From contig NC_085845.1 of NCBI RefSeq assembly GCF_035594765.1, positions 70,364,024 through 70,428,023 on the forward strand: DNA of 64,000 bases. Direction: 5' to 3'. Origin of the DNA: Anolis carolinensis (taxonomy: Eukaryota). How positions within the stretch are numbered: the first letter of the stretch is position 1; each line of letters starts with the position of its first letter. The notes below the pieces were generated by a model. That model made no database searches. It worked only from the letters and a program-made list of their open reading frames with translations, and was not told the DNA's origin. The position numbers and the translations under genes were made by a program. This document shows positions 26,914 through 36,908 of this stretch, in pieces.

Positions 26914-27131
26914 TATGTGTATCCAACAAAATATGAAAGAAGGTACCTGTCTAAGAATAAACTAGGTCATCCAGGGCAACTTTGTGGTAACAGCAAAAGT
27001 AATTCATTTCAATAGAGTTCAGTGTTATCCACAATTTCCTGATAACTCCAGGAACATTTCCCCCTCAGATACGGAGGTCATATCATATAGCACCCAGCTG
27101 GAGAAATTGTTGAAGAATTCTTCCTATATAA

Positions 27132-27260
27132 CAATGGTTCTCAACCTTTTGCCATCCAGATTGTTGAGGCTTCAGCTCCAAGAATTCCTTGACATATTAT
27201 TTGGGACTTCTGGGAGTTGGAGTCAAAACATCTGGAAGACCAAAGGTTGACAAAGCCACT
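27132..27260. mobile_element. hAT-type MITE
   Basis: CAATGGTTCTCAACCT..AGGTTGAC..CCACT termini; similar to 55710-55844. Confidence 0.6.
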
Positions 27261-27292
27261 TTGATTCTCTTTGAGGAGATAAAGCAGAGTTG

Positions 27293-27348
<56 letters not shown>

Positions 27349-27354
27349 GACAAA

Positions 27355-27503
27355 GGCACCTTCTACACTGCCATATGAAATCCAGATTATCTGTTTTGAA
27401 CTGGATTCTGTGACAATGTAGACTCATATAATCCAGTTCAAAGCATATAATATAGGTTATAAAATTTGATAATCCGGATTATATGGCAATGTAGAAGGGA
27501 ACC
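27355..27503. mobile_element. Harbinger-like MITE
   Basis: CCTTCTACACTGCCATAT / ATATGGCAATGTAGAAGG inverted arms. Confidence 0.6.
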
Positions 27504-28700
27504 AACATGCAAACACTGCTTTAGAGAGTGGGACATGGCATCTGCCATATGAATTGCAGTCTCTTTTCTGTCAATTGAACTAAAGTATCTAATTTTCTTT
27601 TATAATATTGACAATTGAATTTTTCATGATACAAACCAAGCTGAATGCATCCAGTGACAATCAGGGTTAATCCTACCATCAGGCAGAGTGAGAAAGTGAC
27701 ATTGACAACCTCCTGCCTATTCCTCCCAAATCTTCACCACTACTCAGCGTCAGAGTTGAGCACATCCCAATCTATTCTGGGGGCCCTTCATAGCCTGCTG
27801 CTCCATGTGTATTCAGGGACACTATCTCATCACCAGTGTTGCAGTAATATCCGCTATTTTATATGTGGTTGTGAAGCACACTATCTTTCTACCTAGGTCC
27901 AGAGTTTAGAAGTAATTTGTTTTGCCTTACATCATCCAGAATCTGCAAGCCAACACTGCCAGCTACCTTTATGGTTGGAAGTTTCTGGAGAGTTTCATAC
28001 TAAAAAGTAAATTTATCAAGTTTACGTGTCAGACCAGTCCTGATGGGAGAAATCTATGAAGACTGCTGTGGCTATTATCTCTTCCCATTCCCCTGATGTT
28101 CACTAGTGAGCAAAAAATATCTGTGGAGAAAGACATTCTACAGAAATCATTCTTTAAGTGCTTAACCATCTTTCCTAAATAAGATTCCAGCACAAGCAAA
28201 GAAGCCAATATGTTCACCTCCAGTGCAAATCTAATGGCGCTAGTGCCATTAGTCTCCTGATTCAAATTACTGTGTTACTTGTCACTGAAAAGGGCAAGAA
28301 TATGTTTATGGCTCCTCTTTGCTAAATTAAAAAATCATTCTGAGAAGGAACTTACACTCTTGCTCTTTGTGACAGATGAAAAGGAGTCTTATATTGAAAA
28401 GGGGAGGAAATATCTATAACCAAATTACATTTAAATCTGAGGTGAGTGTTCAGGTCAAGCAAGGCTGCTTTAGTGCTAAGTCCAGGCCTGATGCCAGAGT
28501 GAAATTGATCAAATCATTCAATTAGCCTATAATTGGGTGGCCACCATCTCTCAATCCTTTTGCTCAGAAAAGGGTATGTTCCAAACAATGTGATATTTAT
28601 TAGTCCTGATCCAGGAAGGTCCTGGATTTCACCAATTCTTCCAGTGCATGTGTTCTGTGTTTTCAAGATTCCAATTTATGGTGACCTTAAAGCAACTCAC

Positions 28701-29030
28701 TGTAGTAGTTGAGCCTTTGATTGTGCCTGCACCTGAAGTCAATGGCGATTCTGGTCCTGCAGACCAGTCTGGTGTTGCTGGGGATTCAGCACCAGCAAAA
28801 CAGCAGGATTGTCATCAAGAGATTTTAAGTCAGGAAACTGAGCAGTCTCATCCTGAAACCCACATTCCAGACAGACTGTTTGTAAGGGAATCAAGGTTGG
28901 AGTCAGAGATGGGCTCAGAGGATGAACTATTGGGTGTTCCCCTTAATGGGCAGTTAGAGAGAAGATTTATGTTTCATCAACATAGAGCAGTGCAGCAGAG
29001 TTTGCTAAGGTCAAACCGCCTATTAGCCAA
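28701..29030 (+). mobile_element. 5' part of a Gypsy-type LTR, truncated by the telomeric tract
   Basis: starts TGTAG; open frame from nt 2 ending RRFMFHQHRAVQQSLLRSNRLLAKR, same phase and motif as the ORFs in the two complete solo LTRs. Confidence 0.55.
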
Positions 29031-29121
29031 AAGGTTTAAGGTTTAGGGTTAAGGTTAGAGTTAGGTTTAGAGTTAGGGTTTAGGGATTAGGGTTTAGGGG
29101 TTAGGGGTTAGGGTTAGGGTT
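29031..29121 (+). repeat. interstitial telomeric (TTAGGG)n-like tract, left part
   Basis: GGTTAG/GGGTTA variants, becoming canonical next to the retroelement. Confidence 0.92.
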
Positions 29122-29367
29122 AGGTATAAGTAATATTTTTTTTTTAGGTATAAGTAATTTTTATTATAATAAATACGTACTACAAACACATTTGCTGACA
29201 ATTACAATCCAAAACAATCAAAGAAGAAATGCTAAATTTTACAATGCTTGCAACAATAAAAAAAATTCTTTACAGTTACATGACCGAATTTTGTCTTTGT
29301 TCACATTTTCCTTATTCTTTGGTTTCAATTACAAGTACAAATACATATACACATCTCAGTTATTATA

Positions 29368-30276
29368 TGTCAGGACCCAGGCTGCAGAGCACCAATAACC
29401 ATACGCAGAGGCCAGAATCTATCTAATATCTTTATTAAAGAATTATATAAAGTCAATAAAACCAAGTGTAGAATATAGTCCAGAAGTAGACCTTTCAGGA
29501 AAGGTCAAATATAGTCCAGGAAAACAATGTCCAATATATGATATTAAAGTCCAAAGTTATAATCCACTTCACCGAAACACACACTATTTGGCAAGCAATA
29601 GTGTGGGGAACTGTCCATAGTCTTTGAGGCTCAAGGTAAATCCGAAGAAAGGGAAAACAAGGCTGGAATCCGAGAAGCAGGGTCCGTGGTTTAAAAAGCA
29701 AGGCAAGGCAAGACTTGAGACTTGGCAAGGTCCAACTTGAAACAAGGCAATCGTGGAACAAGAACTGAGTCCATAGAAATCCGTGGAACAAGGCAGGGCT
29801 GGGAACTTGATTCAGGAGCTGGGAACTGGGGTACGAAGTCTACACACGATCTCACTCCACGAGCTGACGAATTGACTCCGCAAGGATTCCTTTGTGGCCA
29901 AACACCTATATAGGATCTTGTTTTCCCGCCAAAGCACACTTTCTCTGGGGAACAAGAATCGAAACCTATACTGTGTCCAGATGCAGGACTCCTTAAACTT
30001 TCCCAAGGGAAACAGACTTAATCATCTAATTGTCTGGCAGCTATCCTGGCGCTTCGGCGAGTCACCTCCCGAGCGCTTCTATCTTGATTATAATAAAGGC
30101 GGCGAGAAAATGGGGGAGATTTCTGCTCAAGGCTTGTTTGGCTGACTTCTTGTGGGCAAACATCCTGCAGCTGCAAGGGCTCCAAATCCGGCAGAAACGG
30201 TGGGAAACCCAAGTTTTCCTCTTCATCTGTCACAACAGTACTAGGAACGGGACTACATGGCCCATGAGTCATCACA
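29368..30276 (-). mobile_element. solo LTR (Gypsy-type) inserted in the Tx1 3' UTR
   Basis: TG..CA termini, perfect 5-bp TSD TTATA (29363-29367, 30277-30281); homologous to 22485-23349. Confidence 0.92.
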
Positions 30277-30336
30277 TTATATGTCAAACTGTTTTGTATT
30301 TATTATTGCTATCTATATATTCTAACTGGAAACACT

Positions 30337-31107
30337 TTAGGTGATCCCAGGCGTTGTCTCTGCCAGCCAGGGCCAGAACTTCTTCCATTGGCTAGAAGGC
30401 ATCCTGCCTCGTTCCGCTTTACTCAGGGCTCCTATTTCCCCTGCTACCCAATTCACACTAGACCTAACCGTTGCTGCCTTTTGAGTTGCTATTTCTCTGT
30501 TTCTTTGGAAAACCAGGGCCATGAGAACATACAAATTGATCAACCTTGTCGTTGACCAAGGAACATCCCAAAAAGCCTCCCGGGTGTCCCCTTGCTGTCC
30601 CCTCTTCCTTTTCCTGCCGTGGTGTCGTCGTGGACCCCGGATCCCGCCCTCCGGTTCCAGTCCAGAGGCCACCGCCTCCCAAGGCTGAAGCGCCAAGTCA
30701 GGCCAGTCAAAAGTGACAGCCACCTTTTGCCAGGTCTCTTTGGCTGAAGGGCACTCCCTGACAAAATGCTCAATGGTCTCCCTAGGCTTGCTTCCGGTGA
30801 CACAGGCATGTTCCTGGCAGAGAAGTCTGGGACAAAATTGTTCTTCTTCTTTCAGCCACGGTCGGTTGCCCTTCAAAAAGTATATTTGATGGTAAAACCT
30901 CCATCGAATGTCCCACAGACCAAAGGGAATCCTCCGGTCCATGAAATATTCTATTTTTTCTGGTGTTTCTTTTAAATAATTTGACAAATATTCTTTTCGG
31001 GCATTTTTTTCCATCTGTGGCTGAAAGAAAACCACGTCCAGTAAACCATCTCCCAGTAAACAAACTGCTTCAGGTTCTTTATGACCCCTCTCTGAGCCCG
31101 GAACCAC
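30337..31107 (-). pseudogene. Tx1 ORF2 C-terminal part (zf-RVT-type CCHC), separated from the RT by a frameshift
   Basis: CPRLLC...ETIEHFVRECP motif, typical of the L1/Tx1 ORF2 C-terminus. Confidence 0.85.
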
Positions 31108-31136
31108 TCTGCCAGTACTTTATTTTGTTGGATCTG

Positions 31137-34133
31137 TCAATAGACTTCTATCAGGAAATCAGGCCCAGCATGCTTTATGGCGGCTGTCACTTGAAAAGGC
31201 ACCGGTTTCTCCCCCCACTTCTCTGCCCAGCTTTCGTTGACCCAATGCTTTGCGAAAAGGGCAAGCCATCCCTCCAAGCCATCCTCTTGGAGAATCCCTT
31301 GGCCATATTTTCCAAAATTCTGGCCAAGGAAAATAGCCAAAAACTTCAGACGCAAAGCTGGTAAATCGAGGCCTGCTTGGGTCGTCTTCCTATAGGCCAC
31401 CGCCCTGGCCAGAGGGAAATTGGCTGTTCCCCACACAAAACGGAAAACCAGTTTCTCTGCTTCCTTTAAGACTTTCTGGGGGGGAGGGTAGACCATGGCC
31501 AAATTTAAGGCCAGGGGCATGATATAAGTCTTCACGTACACAGCCTTTTGGTAAACATTTAGTCGCCATGGTTTACATTTATCAAAATATTCTTTGATCT
31601 TTTTTAGCCAAAGATGCCAATTCTTTTCCCATCCAGAAGGTTTAATTGAAAACCATAAACCTAAAATTTTACACTCCTCTAGTCTCTCTAGCGTTTGGTT
31701 TTCTTGTTGAGTTTGTTTACTCGCTGTTACCACCTCCACCGGAGATAAACACAAGGTTCCCTTTTCCCTAACGAAAGAAATCAAACGGCTTTTCTGCAAA
31801 TTAATCTGGGCCCCAGAAACTTGTTGATATCCACCCAAGGTGGTCATGACCGAGGCTATCTCTTCCCGGTTATTGACAAAAAAGGAGATGTCATCTGCAT
31901 GGGCCGCATATTTAACTCGTTTCACAGCAACATCTGCAAGGAGCAGCGTGATTTCCCCTCCGAGGGAGGGAACCCTCAAGCCAGTGATATTTTCCTTAGC
32001 CTGGATCTGACAGAGAACCATATCTAAGACTAAAACGTAGAGGAGGGGGCTGATCGAATTCAACCTGATCGGAGCCCCTCTGTGCCCATTGATCTGAGGG
32101 GTTACCTGAGCCTTAGAATACATAAGCTGTATAAACTTCACAAAGTGGAGGGGAAGCCCTTTCCTGGCCAAGGCTTCCCACATGAATCCATGATGGACTC
32201 GGTCAAAAGCTTTGGTTTGGTCCAGTGAGAGTATTCCCCCTTTCCATTCACCTCGTTGGGCCAAATAAAACACCTCCCTAAACAAACACAAAGAGTCCAA
32301 CATGGAACGCCCCGGAACTGCACTGGTTTGAGGGCCCAGGATAATTTTTGGTGCTAACTTTGCTAATCTATTGTTTAAAACTTTGGCTACAATTCTGTAG
32401 TCTACATTTGTCAAAACTATAGGCCGCCAGTTTTGAGGTAAAGTCAAATCTCCTTGTTTAGGAAAGAAAATCAAATCACCTTGATAAAAAGAGTCCGTCA
32501 GGTTATCCCTAGACAAGAGTTGGTTGATCACTCGGGTGAGAGGGGGAACCAGCCATTTAGCGAAGGTCTTATAGAAAATCCACCAGAGCCCATCCGGACC
32601 CGGAGCGGACTTTGTCTTTCCCTGGAATATCACCTGCCAGATTTCTTCCTCCATCACAGGGGCCACCAAATCCTCTCTGTCCTGTTGGGTCAGGCCTTCG
32701 CACATGCTCTCTAATAGGTTTTGGGGTGCCTTATTGAAGAAACTCTCAATGTCATCTTTGTGTATTGCTTTCTTTGAATGCAGATCCCCGTAAAAGCCCT
32801 CCATCACTTTCAACATGCTTTTTGGGTCGGCTTCCACGGGATCCCCTTCGCAACGTCTCAATCCTTCCATTGATATCGAGGAACAGGGAGTTTTGGCACC
32901 AGCCCACTCTTCCACATCCACCACCGCCCCTTTTGTCCTAAATTCTTTGTAATTTTTGCGTTTCAATTTCTGACGGAGTTGAAAATTTTGAATGACTGTT
33001 CGAGACAGCTTAAGTACCTGTTCGTTTACCGGGAGCCCCTGATTAACGTTTTGATGACATTTTAGAAAATCATAGACTGCTTGTTGGTAACGTTGGAGGT
33101 CTTTTCTATTGATTACGTATTCATAATTTTGGCAGGTCTTCCTAATGACTCTTTTTGCTCTCTCCCACCACTCTGGCAGTTCAGAGGCGTAAAGGTCCTC
33201 CAAAGTCATCATGTTTGCCACAACTGACGCGATCTCCTCCTTACAGGCCATATTGTCGATCGTCTTTGGGCGAAGCCTCCAAAGGGGTTTCCCTCTGGGA
33301 CGAACTTCCCCCAAAGCGAGTTGGACTTCGAGCATGGCGTGGTCTGACCACGGGGTGACTGTCAGTCGGCAGCTCGAGCTCTTTAATTCTGCAGGGGCTC
33401 TGATCCTATCTAATCTACTGGCTCTGTTTTTTTGATACCAAGTGAACTTCCCACTTCCCTGAGGTCCATATTGTTCTATAAATGCTTTTTTACATGGAAG
33501 GGGGACAAAATTCAATTGATTGGTGACTTCCAAGGCCTTGTCTTTCAAACTTCGGTCTGTAAGGAAGCTCTCGAGGAGTCTTTCTTCAGGGGTTAATGGG
33601 TTTAACTTTTTCCCACTGCAGTCTTTCTCAATATAGGTGGAATAATCTGCCAATTTGCTCCTGTTGTTAAAGTCCCCAGCGATCAATAAGGATCTGTGAG
33701 TGGAGCAGTACCCTTTCAGGTGGACCCAAAATTTCCTTCGTTGCGATGCCACAACACGGGCATATAAACCACAAAGACGAAATGCCCTTTTCTCTTTTTC
33801 CCCATCCTTTGAGAGCTCTAGCAAAGTAAAGTCCACAATCAGAAGCCTGCCGGGTAAAGCTTCTAGGACAAAGTCCACGCTCAAGTCCCGCCTAGCCTTG
33901 ATCAAAACTGCCACCCCGGCCTGATGTTCCTCTCCGTAAGACCAAAAGGACGGTCCTTTTGTCCACAGTCTTTGCACCCGGGAGCGTTGCTGCTCGCTTA
34001 CCAGGTGAGTTTCCTGCAGGATCACAATGTCCTGCAGCCCCGTTGCCAACAATGGAAGGATCTCATTCTGCCTAGCAGCCATCCTCAGGCCTCTCACGTT
34101 CCATGTGGTAATTGTCAGGGAAACCATGATCAA
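31137..34133 (-). pseudogene. Tx1 ORF2: APE endonuclease + reverse transcriptase (first ATG 34127), damaged
   Basis: APE motifs TWNVRG, LQETH, GDFN, SRLDR, SDH; RT motifs KSAPGPDG, WRPI.L.N.DY, LDQ.KAFDRV.H, HADD; the QG motif is missing. Confidence 0.95.
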
Positions 34134-34306
34134 GTGGCATTAAAGGACTCAAAACCTGCCCTGTTGATACTATTGAAAAAAACTATTGAGAAAACTATAG
34201 TTATTCTTAACTGCAAGATTACACAAAAAAAATTCCAAAATGAAAAAAAGTATCTGATTTTCCCTCCAAAACAAGTTTAACGTTAAGATTTTGACTTTGT
34301 TTATGT

Positions 34307-35240
34307 TTAATATTGGCCTTCTAGTTCTGACCGAATCTTTTCTACCCCCTCCGGAGAAACCGAAGGTGTAGCCTCACAGATTTGGGATAGGAATAAGGAT
34401 GGGAGCGATGGGGAAGGAGGGAATGGGGGAATGGGGTTCATAGGGATGGGGGAAGGGGGAGAGTGATCATGGGCGAGGGAGGGAGGGTGGTCAGGGGGAG
34501 GGAGCAAGGTAGGGCATCAGGGGGACCAGGGTAGGGAGGGGGAGGGAAAGGAGGGAAAGGTCTGTCTTCCCTTGCCTCTTTCCCAGTCTCCTGAGTAAAA
34601 CCTTCCGTTCCCGAGAACAACAAAGGCGAAACTCCACTAGGTGTCCCTTCAATTACAGTGCTTACTTGTATTGGTTCAGATGAAACCAGAGAAGTCTCCA
34701 CTGTTTGTTCTGCTGTTGTTACTACCTCTACCTCCCCTTTCTCTTTCTTCCTCTCATCCTCCTGCTTTTTTGCTTTATTCTTCTTCTTCTTCCTCTGTCT
34801 CTGTTCCTTCACCAAAAGACCCTCAATGTCTGCTCCCCTCTCCATCACCACAGCAGCCTCCAACATTTCCTCATTTGTCACTTCCTCCATTGGAAATCTG
34901 TCCTCTCCCCCACCAGCTTCCTCCCTTTCTGCCAATACCTGGAATCTGTTTATCTGCTCATTAGGGCCCCTTTCCTGCCCCTCCTCCTGGCCCCTCTCCT
35001 GCCTCCGGACCCCCTTCCCCTGCACCACGCTCCATTCGAGGTCCCCCGCCTCACTCTGGACATTTTCCATCGTAGGCTCTGAACCTTCTACTCCCTGTCT
35101 TTTTCTGGATGGCAAGTCCTCCCTCCTTGTCCTCAAGGCCTCCCTCAACACTCTGGTGTGCTCTCTGGCCTGGGCTCGTTCTTTCCCCGTTTTGGTGACA
35201 TGTTGGCCTTCTTGAAGACCCCCTTGTCCTGCTGGTTATA
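34307..35240 (-). pseudogene. frameshifted C-terminal continuation of ORF1 (acidic/basic, Pro-rich tail)
   Basis: 237-aa and 66-aa ORFs overlapping ORF1 in adjacent frames; W..V..K, NRF..L and KKKKNK motifs typical of disordered Tx1/L1 ORF1 tails. Confidence 0.7.
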
Positions 35241-36908
35241 ATATGCCTGGGGGCACCAGAAATAAGTATGACCTAAGTCACCACAAAAATTACACCTGAT
35301 GCTACTGTGGCAGGTTGCCGTGTGGTGGCCCCTGGTCCCGCACCGTGAGCACAAAGGGGAGGTGCAAAGGCGCCTCTGATGGTCATAAGAACCACACTGG
35401 AAACAGGCCTGCGGTTGACCAGCATACCTAGTGATCCCCCTATCTGCTCCTAAAAAGAAATATTTCGGGAGCTTCCCATGTCTGTACTCGGGATCCTCGT
35501 TCTTAAATGAGACCACACACCTATATTCCCCGGTCCAATAGCCCTGCTCATCCTCCTTCTTATCTGGCCCTGACAAAATGACAGCATATTTAGAAACCCA
35601 CCTAGCCACGTCTTGGGCAGGGATTGTGGTAGTTCTAAAACTTATGGTCAAAACTTTTGTGTCTCCCCTAAATAACGGAATCAGCTCATATTCTGCCAAA
35701 AGATCCGGCATCACACTTTTAACTGTTTTGCAGTTCATCCAGAAATCCCTATAGACCTTTTCGGAAGCGAGACAAACATCTATTTCTTTAGACCCCGGGA
35801 GCTGAATGATTGCTAACACATCTTCCCTGCTGGCCTCCAAAGCATCCTTCAGGAGTTTCTTTGAGAGATAACTCCTTGACCCTCTCTCTGGATCCGACCC
35901 TAGGTATCTGAAGCGTACCACATAACGCAATCTGGGGTTCCTCACCTCGGAAGCTTGGCCAAAGAAGAGGTCGAGATATTCCTCCTCTTCGATCAAGTTA
36001 GGAAAACCATAGGGACGTTGGCCAGGGTTCCCACCGCCCCTCCCCGCCACATTAGCATAGGTTCTCCCTCCCCGTTTCTGCTGTTGTGGTTTCGAAGAAC
36101 CTGGAGTTGCCTCCCCGTGAAACTCCCCCCCTCGTCTACGGTCACTTTCCCCTTTTTCTGAAAGTCCATCTAGACCAGACTTTTTACTAACATTAATCTC
36201 ACCCGCTCCTCCGTCAACCTCAAAGGCATGTCTAGTCCCATTGTCCATAGTCTCAGGCTCCTGGAGGAAACTCCTTTGTCTCAGTGTCAGTTCCTTTAGT
36301 GTTTCCTCAGTGTTCTTTGGGATGGAAATTAAGTACTTCATAGGGGGAAAAACCCCCAGGTCCGCAACATCCTCCAAAGCATTCCCACCAGCCACCCTGT
36401 CTGGAAGCATCGGACGAAATCCTTCCTTCCCAACACGTAAACCCTTTCCAGTGTTCCCAGCCACTGCCTCCAGTTCAGAGTCCACCTGATCTGCCCAGTC
36501 CCGTTCTCTTCTGGGCTTCTTCTTGGCACTTTTGGGAGTCCCGGCATCAAGGTCTGAACCACTGATATCACTAAGAGTCCCCCCTCTTTGCCTCACTTTC
36601 TCCTGGTTCTTTGTCCCCTGATCCTTGGGTCTGGCTCCCAAGGAAAGAGGAGTTGAGGTCAAAGATCCCGAATGGTTGTCCTCCACCCGGTTCTGTTCTC
36701 TTTCTCCACTCTGGATGCCTTTCTGGGATCCGCATCTTTCTTCTCCCCTCGGATCGAAGCCCAGCTGCTTGGAGATCTTCTGCCGTTGTCGTAGATCCGC
36801 CACAACGGTCAGAGCCACTCCATCAGAGCTTCTCTGGATACTATTTTGCTCGTGTTGTCCACTTGGGCCCAGACCAAAGGAGTCTGATTCTCGAGAGAAC
36901 ATTGCCAT
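35145..36908 (-). CDS. Tx1 ORF1 gag-like nucleic-acid-binding protein
   Basis: TYANVA motif, RRM-like region, three CX2CX4HX4C knuckles (CFQCGSYDHQRRLC, CSRCGTRGHHTATC, CNFCGDLGHTYFWC). Confidence 0.9.
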   Translation of the reverse strand: MAMFSRESDSFGLGPSGQHEQNSIQRSSDGVALTVVADLRQRQKISKQLGFDPRGEERCGSQKGIQSGEREQNRVEDNHSGSLTSTPLSLGARPKDQGTKNQEKVRQRGGTLSDISGSDLDAGTPKSAKKKPRRERDWADQVDSELEAVAGNTGKGLRVGKEGFRPMLPDRVAGGNALEDVADLGVFPPMKYLISIPKNTEETLKELTLRQRSFLQEPETMDNGTRHAFEVDGGAGEINVSKKSGLDGLSEKGESDRRRGGEFHGEATPGSSKPQQQKRGGRTYANVAGRGGGNPGQRPYGFPNLIEEEEYLDLFFGQASEVRNPRLRYVVRFRYLGSDPERGSRSYLSKKLLKDALEASREDVLAIIQLPGSKEIDVCLASEKVYRDFWMNCKTVKSVMPDLLAEYELIPLFRGDTKVLTISFRTTTIPAQDVARWVSKYAVILSGPDKKEDEQGYWTGEYRCVVSFKNEDPEYRHGKLPKYFFLGADRGITRYAGQPQACFQCGSYDHQRRLCTSPLCSRCGTRGHHTATCHSSIRCNFCGDLGHTYFWCPQAYYNQQDKGVFKKANMSPKRGKNEPRPESTPEC

